In this document: positions 9,986-19,799 of the stretch, one piece after another | Layout: each line of letters begins with the position of its first letter | How positions within the stretch are numbered: the stretch's first letter is position 1 | From: an uncultured Acidimicrobiia bacterium | GTDB lineage: Bacteria > Actinomycetota > Acidimicrobiia > Acidimicrobiales > AC-14 | Assembly (NCBI GenBank): GCA_963836205.1 | Contig: CAWIIV010000006.1 | Span: forward strand, 384,001 to 448,000 | Direction: 5' to 3' | DNA: 64,000 nucleotides | The notes under the pieces: model-generated | The model's input: the letters and a program-made list of their open reading frames with translations, nothing else | What the model was told of the DNA's origin: nothing | The model's database searches: none | Translations under genes and position numbers: made by a program

Positions 9986-11938
9986 TCAGGCAGCGGGGGA
10001 CGGGGCCTTGGCGATCTCGGCCAGGAACTCGTCGTTGCTCTTGGTGGTGCGGATCTTGTCCATCAACAACTCGAGGCCCGCTCCTGATTCCAGGCCGTTG
10101 AGCACCCGCCGCAGCTTCCAGATCTGCTGGAGCTGGCCCCGGTCGAAGAGCAGCTCCTCGTGGCGGGTGGAGGAGGCGTTGACCTCCAGCGCCGGGTAGA
10201 TGCGGCGCTCGGCCAGCTTGCGGTCGAGGCGCAGCTCCATGTTGCCGGTGCCCTTGAACTCCTCGAAGATGACCTCGTCCATCTTGGACCCGGTCTCGAT
10301 GAGGGCGGTGGCCAGGATGGTGAGGGAGCCGCCCTCCTCCAGGTTGCGGGCCGACCCGAAGAACTTCTTGGGCGGGTAGAGCGCGTCGGTGGCCAGGCCG
10401 CCCGACATGATGCGCCCGCTGGCGGGGGCGGCCAGGTTGTAGGCCCGGGCCAGGCGGGTGATCCCGTCGAGGACGATCACCACGTCGCGACCCATCTCCA
10501 CCAGCCGCTTGGCCCGCTCGGAGGCGAGCTCGGCCACCTGGGTGTGCTCGTCGGACGGGCGGTCGAAGGTGGATGCCACCACCTCGCCCTTCACCGACCG
10601 GCGCATGTCGGTGACCTCCTCCGGACGCTCGTCGACCAGCAGCACCATGAGGTGGACGTCGGGGTTGTTGGCCTCGATGGAGTGGGCGATCTGCTTGAGG
10701 ACGGTTGTCTTGCCCGCCTTGGGCGGCGAGACGATCAGGCCTCGCTGGCCCTTGCCGATGGGCGAGATGAGGTCGACGATGCGGGCGACCATGTTGTTGG
10801 AGTCGCCCGGGATCTCCAGCCGGAGCTTCTCGTCGGGGAACAGGGGGGTGAGGTCCTCGAAGCGGGGCCGGTTGCGGGCGTCCTCGACGGTCATGTCGTT
10901 CACCGTGTCGATGCGGAGCAGGGCCGGGTACTTCTCGGTGCTGCCCGCGGGCCGGGCCGCGCCCTTGATGACGTCGCCCTTGCGCAGGCCGAAGCGGCGG
11001 ACCTGGCTGAGCGACACGTAGACGTCACGCGCTCCGGCCAGGTAGCCGTTGGTGCGCAGGAAGCCGTAGCCCTCGTCGCGGAGGTCGAGGAGGCCGTCGG
11101 CGGGGACGGGCTCGCCCGAGTAGGCGACTTCCTGGCCGCCCTGACCCTGGACGCGGTCGGGCTGGAGCTCGCGCTCGCCCCGGTCGCGCCCCCGCCGGCG
11201 CCGGCTGCGACGGTTGCCGGGGTCGCCGGGAGGACCGTCGAACTGCTGCGACTGGTTGTTGCCCCCTCCCCCACGGGGGCTGTTGTTGTCGGTACGAGGG
11301 CCGCGGTCTTCCCGCGGGGCACGGTCCTCACGCGGGCCGCGGTCGCGCTGCTGGCGGTCACCGCCACCACCGCCGCCGCCGCCGCCACTCGAACCGCCGC
11401 CGCCACCCGAAGCGCCGCCGCCGGAGCTCCGGTCGGTGGCCGGGGCGGGGGTGGACGTGTCCGCCGTCTCGCCCTCGGAGGCCTCGGCCGCCGGCGCTTC
11501 GGCCGCGGACGCACTCGCGGCCGGGCGGGCCGCGTCGCCAGTGGCGGGGGCCGCCTCCGCCTCGGCCGTGCCGCCGAAGAGCGTGCCCCCGGCGTCGCCG
11601 TTGGCCGCGTTGTCGCCGGAGGATGGGACCGGGGCCGCGTCGGCCTGGCCCTCGGCCGCCGCCGTGGCGCCGTTGCCGGCGGGTGCGTCCGCCGGCGGAG
11701 CCGGGGGCGCGGCTGCCGCCGCGGCCGCGGACGCCTTGGTGGCGCGGGTGCGCCGGGGGCGTTCGGGTGCCTCGCTGCCGGTCTCGATCCCCGCTTGCCG
11801 GAGGATCGAGTCGATCAGGGTCGCCTTCGACGCCCGCGACGCGGGCTTGACGCCCATGGCCTCGGCGATGACGGCCAGTTCCTCGCGTTCCTTGCCCTCG
11901 AGAACGGATCGCTCGAGCGCCTGGGGCGCAATACTCAT
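9986..11938 (-). CDS. rho: Transcription termination factor Rho with N-terminal insertion
   Basis: [38 protein letters not shown]. Confidence 0.97.
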   Translation of the reverse strand: MSIAPQALERSVLEGKEREELAVIAEAMGVKPASRASKATLIDSILRQAGIETGSEAPERPRRTRATKASAAAAAAAPPAPPADAPAGNGATAAAEGQADAAPVPSSGDNAANGDAGGTLFGGTAEAEAAPATGDAARPAASASAAEAPAAEASEGETADTSTPAPATDRSSGGGASGGGGGSSGGGGGGGGGDRQQRDRGPREDRAPREDRGPRTDNNSPRGGGGNNQSQQFDGPPGDPGNRRSRRRRGRDRGERELQPDRVQGQGGQEVAYSGEPVPADGLLDLRDEGYGFLRTNGYLAGARDVYVSLSQVRRFGLRKGDVIKGAARPAGSTEKYPALLRIDTVNDMTVEDARNRPRFEDLTPLFPDEKLRLEIPGDSNNMVARIVDLISPIGKGQRGLIVSPPKAGKTTVLKQIAHSIEANNPDVHLMVLLVDERPEEVTDMRRSVKGEVVASTFDRPSDEHTQVAELASERAKRLVEMGRDVVIVLDGITRLARAYNLAAPASGRIMSGGLATDALYPPKKFFGSARNLEEGGSLTILATALIETGSKMDEVIFEEFKGTGNMELRLDRKLAERRIYPALEVNASSTRHEELLFDRGQLQQIWKLRRVLNGLESGAGLELLMDKIRTTKSNDEFLAEIAKAPSPAA

Positions 11939-13113
11939 GGTGCCTCCCCGCTCGGTGCCATCAGGCACCGTGCGTGTTCGTCTGGTTGAAATGACTGGAT
12001 GAAGCGATGGGGGGGATTTCTTCCCCCTGGGCCCCCGGCAGGCGGGCGATGCCGTCGGTGCCGGAGGACGGGTGCGTAGCGGCTGTTTGCTCGGCACCCG
12101 CTTCGTTGAAACCGGGTTGCCCAGAACCGGGTTGCCCAGAACCGGGTTGCCCAGAACCGGGTTGCCCAGAACCGGGTGCCATGTGGCTCGGAACTGGTTT
12201 GTTCGGGGACGGCTCTGAACGCCTGGCCCACCACCAGGTCGATGACCTGCGACAACGTGGCGTCGAGGTTGTAGGACGGGACGATGGCCACGTTGTGCTG
12301 CAAGGCCAGCGACCGGACGTAGCGGTTGATCTTACGGATGTTCTTGAACGAGTCGAGGTAGCGCTCGGCGGGGCGGTTGCGGAAGTCGTGCGAACGCTGG
12401 AGGAAGTGGCTGCGGTGCAGCTCGGCCTCGTCGACCGTCACCACCATCGGTACCACCACCGCCTTGTCCTCGAAGCGGGCGAGGTCGAGAAACCCGGGGA
12501 CGACGTGGGCGCCCTCGATGATGAGGTCGGTACCCTCCGACACCGCCCGGCTGACCAGGGCCTCGATGCCGACGGCGACGGCCGACACCTGCTCGCGGAA
12601 GCCGATGATCACCGCGTCGGCGCTTCGGGGCAGGGGGTGGCGCACCAGGCGGGCGGCGTCGAACGACGAGGTGTGCAGGCTGGGAAAGAGGTCCTCGGTG
12701 AACATCGCCCGCATGACCTCCCGCACCGCGTCGGTGGGGATGACCCGGGTGATGCCCAGCCGGCTGGCCAGCATGGTGGCGATGGTGGACTTGCCCACGC
12801 CGGTGGCCCCGCCCAGCAGGATCACCAGCGGCAGGTCGAGGCGCTGCACCAGCTGCCACTTGGAGAACGACTCCGCGTAGCGTTCGCCCACCTCCGAGCG
12901 GAGGACCTCGTGGGCCAGTTGGTTGAGCTCGAGCTTGGAGATAGTGGCGACGCCCTGCTCGTCGAGGCGCTCCTCGATGACCTCGGCCACGTGGAAGGCG
13001 CGGCCCGGCGCGAGCCCGGTGGCCATGATGGCGGAGGCCATGAGTCCCTTGGAGTACGGAAACTCGTACTCCCGGTCTCCCACGACCATGTGGCGGGACG
13101 CCACTGCTTTCAC
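11935..13113 (-). CDS. 2-phosphoglycerate kinase (ATP-cone plus P-loop kinase)
   Basis: PYSKGLMA ATP-cone, GGATGVGKST, TDAVREVMR, LHTSSF, IIEGAHVVPG; adjacent to cDPG synthetase. Confidence 0.88.
   Translation of the reverse strand: MKAVASRHMVVGDREYEFPYSKGLMASAIMATGLAPGRAFHVAEVIEERLDEQGVATISKLELNQLAHEVLRSEVGERYAESFSKWQLVQRLDLPLVILLGGATGVGKSTIATMLASRLGITRVIPTDAVREVMRAMFTEDLFPSLHTSSFDAARLVRHPLPRSADAVIIGFREQVSAVAVGIEALVSRAVSEGTDLIIEGAHVVPGFLDLARFEDKAVVVPMVVTVDEAELHRSHFLQRSHDFRNRPAERYLDSFKNIRKINRYVRSLALQHNVAIVPSYNLDATLSQVIDLVVGQAFRAVPEQTSSEPHGTRFWATRFWATRFWATRFWATRFQRSGCRANSRYAPVLRHRRHRPPAGGPGGRNPPHRFIQSFQPDEHARCLMAPSGEAP
12110..12177. repeat. 15-bp tandem repeat in the 2PGK 3' extension
   Basis: aaccgggttgcccag x4 plus a partial copy. 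Confidence 0.95.
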
Positions 13114-13200
13114 GATTGTCCCTGTGCCTTCGGCAGCCGGACCGACAGGGGTGTCAGTTGGGTGCCAGTTGAGATGCTGGTTGATGTGTCGTGTACTGCA

Positions 13201-13318
13201 CGATTCCCGTCAGGACGATTGCCGTCAGTGCGATTCCCGTCAGGACGATGCGTCAGTGCGATTGCCGTCAGTGCGATTGCGGTCAGGGCGATTGCGGTCA
13301 GGGCGATTGCCGTCAGGG
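13201..13318. repeat. 15-bp tandem repeat (8 units) containing the cDPGS stop codon
   Basis: cgatt(g/c)c(c/g)gtcag(gg/tg/ga) x8, one unit 13 bp. Confidence 0.93.
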
Positions 13319-14710
13319 CGATGACGAGAAGCGCTCGACGGCCAGGTCGGCTATCCCGACAGCCAGGTCGTCGAACGTGCCGTCACCCCCGGTGGATACA
13401 ACTCGGTTGTCGCAAAACGTGATCTCCATTCCTCGCCCCAGCGCTGTTTTCGCTGCGAGGTCCACCGCCGCCGCTTTCAACTCCACCAGCAGGACATCGG
13501 CTGCGGGTGCCGTCGCCAGGTCGGCCGCCAACTCGGGCCGGCGAGCCAGGTGGTGGGAAACCCCGACCACGGTGCATCCGTGTGCTTGTTCGAGGTGGTC
13601 CACCAACACCTTGCTGGCGGACGCCGGCGCGGTGGTGACAAAGAAGACCCGGCGACCAGAAATCGGTTCGAGGGGAAAGGGCCGAAACACGGTGTGGACA
13701 ACCCGGACCCCAGGCACCAACTTCCGGACGCTTTCCTCAAGGAACCCAGAACCCGAGCTCGCGGTGCTGGTTCCCGTCGGAACGCCGGCGCCCCAGACGG
13801 GGAACGATGGCTCCACCATGGTAACCACAATCAGATCGCTCAGCAACAACCGGTAGGCACCGAGATACCCCGTGACCAACTCCGGATCGACGGACGCCGG
13901 CATCACGCAGATGGTGGCGTCGGCGTGGACCGGTGGAACCGAGGCTCCGCTTCCCTCGAACACCAGCAACCGCTCGGATCTTCCCTCGGCCGCGGCCACG
14001 CCTGCGGCGAAGGTGCTGGAGAACGGCGCCCCCGCCAGGCCCCCGCCGCAGCGACGGGTGCCGACAGTGGCCACACCGGCCACCAGGGCGTCCTCCAGGT
14101 GGTCGGACGCGGCGTGGCGGCCGGACGCGGCGAGGGCGACGAGGCCGGCGGCGGACAGGTCGAACGACGCAGGGTCGACCACCTCCGGCTCCGGCGGGCC
14201 GCCCCGGCCCATGGCCACCACCACCGGCGGGGTGCCCCGGGCCGCCAGGAGCCGGGCCAGGGAGGCCGACACCGCCGTCTTGCCGGTGCGCTTGCCGGTG
14301 CCGATGACGGCGATCGACGGCTTGGTCGCGATGCGGGGGCGGGGCGGCGGGTCGAACCGGAAGTCGGCCCCCAGGTAGGGGATGCCGGCCACGAGCGTGC
14401 GGGCGGCGAGTCCCATGCGCTGGCGGGCGTCGACCACAGGCTCGTCCGACAGGTCGACGACGAGGTCGGGGGCGAAGCGGTCGAGGCCGGCCCGGAGGGC
14501 GCCCACCAGGCCGTCGCCCCGCACCACGGGAATGCCCAGGCCCAGGTCGGCGGCCGGGTCGGCGGCCAGCTTCTCCCCCCCGCCCAGCAGGACGGCGCCC
14601 ACCACCTCGGCGCCGGGGATGCGTTCGGGAAGCTGGGCGATGGCGGCCCGCACGACGGGCGGGTAGTGCTCGCCGTCGATCAGGACAAGAGTCCGCAATT
14701 CGCTACTCAT
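13313..14710 (-). CDS. cpgS: Cyclic 2,3-diphosphoglycerate synthetase
   Basis: LIDGEHYPPVV, GTGKRTGKTAVS, AMGRGGPPEP, HAASDHLEDA, RRCGGGLAG, EGSGAS, ELKAAAVD. Confidence 0.9.
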   Translation of the reverse strand: MSSELRTLVLIDGEHYPPVVRAAIAQLPERIPGAEVVGAVLLGGGEKLAADPAADLGLGIPVVRGDGLVGALRAGLDRFAPDLVVDLSDEPVVDARQRMGLAARTLVAGIPYLGADFRFDPPPRPRIATKPSIAVIGTGKRTGKTAVSASLARLLAARGTPPVVVAMGRGGPPEPEVVDPASFDLSAAGLVALAASGRHAASDHLEDALVAGVATVGTRRCGGGLAGAPFSSTFAAGVAAAEGRSERLLVFEGSGASVPPVHADATICVMPASVDPELVTGYLGAYRLLLSDLIVVTMVEPSFPVWGAGVPTGTSTASSGSGFLEESVRKLVPGVRVVHTVFRPFPLEPISGRRVFFVTTAPASASKVLVDHLEQAHGCTVVGVSHHLARRPELAADLATAPAADVLLVELKAAAVDLAAKTALGRGMEITFCDNRVVSTGGDGTFDDLAVGIADLAVERFSSSP

Positions 14711-14736
14711 CTCGGGCCGAGCCCGGGCTCAGGGGG

Positions 14737-15894
14737 TCAGGCGTTCGGCGCCCGTCCCACCAGCCGGCTCATGAGCCGGTGGCCGGGAACGGGGGTTGCG
14801 GTGGCGGTGCCCGCTTCGCTGTAGGTGCCGCCGGGGCCGTCGACGGCGGAGTCGACGAGCAGGTAGGGGACGGAGTCCGACGTGTGGGTGCGGAGGGCGA
14901 CCGGTGTCGGATGGTCGGGCAGGAGCAGCAGCCGCCACGGGCCGAGGGCGTCGAGGCCCTCGACCAGGGGGCCGATGATGCGCCGGTCCCAGTTCTCCAG
15001 GGCCTCGATCTTGGCCTCGAGGTTGCCGGCGTGGCCGGCTTCGTCGCTGGCCTCCACGTGGATGAGGAACAGGTCGTCGCCGGCGGCCAGGGCTTCCAGG
15101 CAGGCGTCGCGCTTGCCCTCGTAGTTGGTGTCGTACCAGCCGGTGATGCCCTCCACCTCGGCCGCGGGGATGCCGGTGAGGGCGCCCAGGCCCCGGATGA
15201 GGTCGACGGCCGACACCAGCCCGGCCCGCAGGCCGTAGGCGTCCTCGAACGAGGGCAGGACCGGCTGCGGCCCCTGCCCCCACAGCCAGATCTGGGTGGC
15301 CTCGAGGTCGGAGGGGCCCACGATGGCCCGGGATGCGTCCATCAGGGCCTGGAGCTTCGGCGCGGCGGGGCCGGTGGGCCACACCGCGGGCTTGCCGGTG
15401 AGGTCGTGGGGCGGGAAGCAGTCGGCGTCGGCCCACGTATCGGGCGTGACGAGGATGTGGCGGTACTGCACGCCGGGGTGGAACGTGATCTCGTCGGTGC
15501 CGAGCTCGGCCTGGAGGGTGGCGACGACGGCCGCCGCCTCCTCGGTGGACGGGTGGCCGCCGGAGAAGTCGACCATGGTGCCGTCGTCGCTGACGGTGGC
15601 CAGGTTGCACCGGTAGGCGATCTGGTCGGGGCGCAGGCGCAGGCCCATGGCCGCGGCCTCGATGGGCGCCCGCCCGGTGTGGTGGACGGCGGGGTCGTAG
15701 CCGAGGATCGACAGGTTGCCCACGTCGCTGCCCGGCGGCATGCCCGCGGGGATCGTCGCCGCCCGCCCCACCTCGGCCCGGGCCGCCAGCTTGGCCAGGT
15801 GCGGCATGTGGGCCACTTCCAACGGCGTGCGCCCCCCGAGCTCGGGAATCGGGTCGTCGGCCGCCCCGTCGGGAACACACACCACGTACTTCAT
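14737..15894 (-). CDS. apgM: Archaeal-type cofactor-independent phosphoglycerate mutase family (ApgM / proposed homoserine kinase)
   Basis: PDGAAD, TPLE, PGSDVGNLSILGYDP, HVEASDEAGH, PDHPTP. Confidence 0.88.
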   Translation of the reverse strand: MKYVVCVPDGAADDPIPELGGRTPLEVAHMPHLAKLAARAEVGRAATIPAGMPPGSDVGNLSILGYDPAVHHTGRAPIEAAAMGLRLRPDQIAYRCNLATVSDDGTMVDFSGGHPSTEEAAAVVATLQAELGTDEITFHPGVQYRHILVTPDTWADADCFPPHDLTGKPAVWPTGPAAPKLQALMDASRAIVGPSDLEATQIWLWGQGPQPVLPSFEDAYGLRAGLVSAVDLIRGLGALTGIPAAEVEGITGWYDTNYEGKRDACLEALAAGDDLFLIHVEASDEAGHAGNLEAKIEALENWDRRIIGPLVEGLDALGPWRLLLLPDHPTPVALRTHTSDSVPYLLVDSAVDGPGGTYSEAGTATATPVPGHRLMSRLVGRAPNA

Positions 15895-15945
15895 GGCCCG
15901 GATCGTAACCGGGAGGGTCGCCGCAACCTGCGTCTCCCCCTACGG

Positions 15946-16039
15946 TTTCGTGCGCTCGAATCGTGGTGATCCGGGGCCGGATCGGCCATTTCACGACGTT
16001 CTGCGTGATCCGAATGTTCGGCGACGCGAGATCGTCGTG
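15946..16039. repeat. One and a half copies of the 50-bp element seen at 6761-6945
   Basis: ttcacgacgttctgcgtgatccgaatgttcggcgacgcgagatcgtcgtg at 15990-16039, half copy at 15946-15969. Confidence 0.8.
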
Positions 16040-16104
16040 GGCCACGGCGGCGGGGCGGCCGGCGACCCCTGGCGGGCGGCCAGCGTCGGTACGCTCGGGC
16101 GGCG

Positions 16105-17348
16105 ATGGCTCTCCGCCGGCTGACCGTCTTCCTCGTCGCCTCCGCGTTGGCCCTCGTGGGCACCGCCTGCGGCGGCGAAGACGACGACGCCCCGCCCTCC
16201 GCCACCACGGCCACCACGACCGCGCCCGTCGGGCCCCGACTCCACCGGCGCCCCGCCCGACGCCGACCACCACCTCCCCGCAGCCGCAGCCGGGCCCCCA
16301 GCCGCTCGACTCGATCTCGTTGCAGCTGACCGAGGTGGCCGACCTTTCCCAGCCCGTCGACATGGCCGTGCGGGCGGGTGACGCCCGGCTCTACGTGGTG
16401 GAGAAGGTCGGGAGGGTCCGGGCCGTGGGCGATGGCGGGGTGGCCGGCACCGTCCTCGACCTCACCGGGCAGGTTTCCACCGGCAGCGAGCAGGGCCTGC
16501 TCGGGCTGGCCTTCTCCCCCGACGGCGGCCACCTCTACGTCAACTACACCGACACCTCGGGCGACACCCGCATCGTGGAGTACGCCTTCTCCGGCGACCG
16601 GGCCGACCCGTCCACCGCCCGGGAGCTGCTCAGGATCGACCAGCCCTACGCCAACCACAACGGTGGCGACATCGTCTTCGGCCCCGACGGAAACCTGTGG
16701 ATCGCGATGGGCGACGGTGGCAGCGGCAACGATCCCGAGAACCGGGCCCAGAACCTCGGCACCCTCCTCGGCAAGCTGCTGCGCATCGACCCCGTCCCCT
16801 CCGGCGGGCAGCCCTACACGATCCCGTCCGGCAACCCCTTCGTGGGCCGGGACGGGCCCCGGCGCGAGATCTGGGCCTACGGGCTGCGCAACCCGTGGCG
16901 GTTCTCCTTCGACCGGGAGACCGGCGACCTGTGGATGGGCGACGTCGGCCAGAACGCGGTGGAGGAGGTCGACTTCGCCCCCGCCTCGTCGACGGGGGGT
17001 GAGAACTACGGCTGGCCCGGGATGGAGGGCACCCGGTCGAACAAGGGCGGTCGCCCCGCGGGCGCGGTCGACCCGATCCTCGACTACCGCCAGTCCGACG
17101 GGGGCTGCTCCGTCGTCGGCGGCTACGTCTACCGCGGGACGGCGATTCCGGCCCTGGCCGGCGCCTACCTCTACGGCGACTACTGCGCGGGCGACGTCCT
17201 CGCCCTCCGCCAGTCGGGCGGCACCGTCACCGAGCAGGCCGACCTCGGCCTCGACGTCGCCAGCCTGTCGTCCTTCGGCCAGGACGGGGCCGGGGAGCTC
17301 TACGCCCTGTCCCTCGACGGCCCGCTGTACCGAATCGACCCCGCCTAG
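16105..17348 (+). CDS. PQQ-dependent sugar dehydrogenase (GSDH/YliI family) lipoprotein, frameshift near 16232
   Basis: Lipoprotein signal ..LVGTAC in one frame; EQGLLGLAFSP, NHNGG, GLRNPWR, SFGQD in another. Confidence 0.85.
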
Positions 17349-17365
17349 AGAGCACCCGCTGTTCA

Positions 17366-17406
17366 TGGGCACGAAAAGGGGCGTCTGGCACCCCTTTGCA
17401 TGCCCA
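17366..17406. terminator. Stem-loop between convergent genes
   Basis: tgggca..aaagggg / ccccttt..tgccca. Confidence 0.55.
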
Positions 17407-17426
17407 CGGACCGTCGTGCGACGCGG

Positions 17427-18476
17427 CTACAGCCCCAGTTCGGCCCGCACCGCGCCGATGTCGGCGTCGACCGGAGAGGGCACCGCGATCTCGGCGATGG
17501 CGCGGTCGGGGTCCTTCAGGCCGTGGCCGGTGAGCGTGCACACCACCGTCCGCACCCCGTCGCCCACGCCCACCTTCAACAGCCCGGCCACCGACGCGGC
17601 CGACGCCGGCTCGCAGAACACCGACTCGGTCGAGGCCAGGAAGCGGTAGGCGTCGAGGATCTCCTCGTCGGTCACGGCGTGGATACCGCCGCCCGACTCC
17701 GACGCGGCCGCCGTGGCCCCATACCACGAGGCCGGGTTGCCGATGCGGATGGCGGTGGCGATGGTGTCGGGGTTGTCGACGACGTGGCCGAGGACGATGG
17801 GCGCCGCCCCCGCGGCCTGGAACCCGAACATGGCCGGCAGCTTGGTGGACTTCCCGGCGTCCTGGTACTCCCGGAAGCCCTTCCAGTAGGCGGAGATGTT
17901 GCCGGCGTTGCCCACCGGCACGCAGTGCATGTCGGGCGCGTCCCCCAACACGTCGACGATCTCGAAGGCGGCCGTCTTCTGGCCGTCGATCCGGTAGGGG
18001 TTGATGGAGTTGACGATGGTGACGGGCGCCGTCTCGCCCAGGGCCCGGACCACGTCGAGGGCCTGGTCGAAGTTGCCCCGCACCTGGAGGACCCGGGCCC
18101 CGTGGATGAGGGCCTGGGCCAGCTTGCCCAGGGCGATGTAGCCCTCCGGGATGAGAACCGCGCAGGTCAGGCCGGCCCGGGTGGAGTAGGCCGCGGCCGA
18201 GGCCGACGTGTTGCCGGTGGACGCGCACACCACCGCCTTGGCCCCGTCCTCCACCGCCTTGGAGATGGCCAGCGTCATGCCCCGGTCCTTGAACGAGCCG
18301 GTGGGGTTGGCCCCCTCCACCTTGAGCCACACCTCCGCACCCACCCGCTCCGACAACCGGGGGGCGGGCACCAGCGGGGTCGCCCCCTCCAGGAGGGTGA
18401 TGACGGGCGTGGCCGTCGTGACCGGCAGGTACTCCCGGTACTCCTCGATCAACCCTCGCCAGCCGGGTCGCGCCAT
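17427..18476 (-). CDS. thrC: Threonine synthase
   Basis: [33 protein letters not shown]. Confidence 0.96.
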   Translation of the reverse strand: MARPGWRGLIEEYREYLPVTTATPVITLLEGATPLVPAPRLSERVGAEVWLKVEGANPTGSFKDRGMTLAISKAVEDGAKAVVCASTGNTSASAAAYSTRAGLTCAVLIPEGYIALGKLAQALIHGARVLQVRGNFDQALDVVRALGETAPVTIVNSINPYRIDGQKTAAFEIVDVLGDAPDMHCVPVGNAGNISAYWKGFREYQDAGKSTKLPAMFGFQAAGAAPIVLGHVVDNPDTIATAIRIGNPASWYGATAAASESGGGIHAVTDEEILDAYRFLASTESVFCEPASAASVAGLLKVGVGDGVRTVVCTLTGHGLKDPDRAIAEIAVPSPVDADIGAVRAELGL

Positions 18477-18480
18477 CCCG

Positions 18481-19788
18481 TTATTCGGGCCCGATGACCC
18501 GGAGGAGCGAGCCCACCCGGTCGACGACGTCGAGCTCCCGCAGGTCGGCCACCGTGGCCTGCATCGCCTTCTCCCGGGCGGTGTGGGTGACCAGCATCAG
18601 CCGGGCCTCGTCGCCCATCCCCAGCTGGAGGACCTGGACGATCGACACCTCGTGGCGGGAGAAGGCGTGGGCCACCCGTTCGAGCACGCCCGGCTTGTCG
18701 GCCACGTCGAGGGACAGGTAGTACTGCGATGCCAGCTCGTCCATGGGGCGCAACCGGGCGGTGGCCAGGCCCGCGACTCCGGCGGATGCCGACGTGCCCT
18801 GGCGGCGGTTGGCGGCGGCGTCGACCACGTCGCCCAGGACGGCCGACGCGGTGGGCCGCCCGCCGGCGCCCCGTCCGTAGAACATCAGCTCGCCCGCGGC
18901 CTCGCCCTGCACGAACACCGCGTTGTAGGCCTCCCGCACCGCGGCCAGGGGATGGTCGACCGGGACCATGGCCGGGTGGACCCGTACCGACACCTGGTCG
19001 CCGCCCGAGCCGGGTACCGAGTCGGCCACCGCCAGCAGCTTGACCACGTAGCCCAGGCGGGCGGCCATGGCGATGTCGACGGTGGTGACGCCGGTGATGC
19101 CCTCCCGGTAGACGTCGTCGGCCCGGACGTCGATGCCGAAGGCGACGCTGGCGATGATGGCGGCCTTGGCCGCGGCGTCGAAGCCCTCGACGTCGGCCGT
19201 GGGATCGCGCTCGGCGTAGCCCAGGGCCTGGGCCTCGGCCAGGGCGTCGGCGAAGGAGTCGCCCCCCTCGGTCATGCGGGTGAGGATGAAGTTGGTGGTG
19301 CCGTTGACGATGCCGATGACCCGGTTGATGCGGTCGCCGGCGAGGGACTCCCGCAGCGGCCGCATGAGGGGGATGGCGCCGCAGACGGCGGCCTCGAACA
19401 GCAGGTCGACGCCCGACTTCACCGCCGCGTCGAACAGCTCGGCGCCGTGGGTGGCGAGCAGCTCCTTGTTGGCGGTGACCACCGGCTTGCCGGCCTCGAG
19501 GGCGGTGAGGATGAGGGTGCGGGCCGGCTCGACGCCGCCCATGACCTCCACCACCAGGTCGACGTCGGGGTCGGCGACCACTCCGGCGGCATCGGCGGTG
19601 AGGATCCCGGGCGCGAGGTCGACTCCCCGGGGGCGGGTGACGTCGTTCACCGCCACCCGGGCGATCTCCAGCCGCAGCCCGGTGCGAGCCTCCACCGCGT
19701 CGCCGTTGTCGGCCACCAGCTGCACCAGCGCGGCCCCGACGTTGCCGCAGCCCAGGAGCCCGATGCGGACCGTGGCGTTGCCGTTCAT
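18481..19788 (-). CDS. hom: Homoserine dehydrogenase with ACT domain
   Basis: [39 protein letters not shown]. Confidence 0.96.
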   Translation of the reverse strand: MNGNATVRIGLLGCGNVGAALVQLVADNGDAVEARTGLRLEIARVAVNDVTRPRGVDLAPGILTADAAGVVADPDVDLVVEVMGGVEPARTLILTALEAGKPVVTANKELLATHGAELFDAAVKSGVDLLFEAAVCGAIPLMRPLRESLAGDRINRVIGIVNGTTNFILTRMTEGGDSFADALAEAQALGYAERDPTADVEGFDAAAKAAIIASVAFGIDVRADDVYREGITGVTTVDIAMAARLGYVVKLLAVADSVPGSGGDQVSVRVHPAMVPVDHPLAAVREAYNAVFVQGEAAGELMFYGRGAGGRPTASAVLGDVVDAAANRRQGTSASAGVAGLATARLRPMDELASQYYLSLDVADKPGVLERVAHAFSRHEVSIVQVLQLGMGDEARLMLVTHTAREKAMQATVADLRELDVVDRVGSLLRVIGPE

Positions 19789-19799
19789 GGCCCCCAACG

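Noticed and set aside
13201-13318. Selenocysteine or readthrough peptide from repeated in-frame TGA codons
   Set aside because: Explained by tandem duplication of the stop-codon region; the frame is broken by a 13-bp unit and no SECIS-like hairpin was noticed
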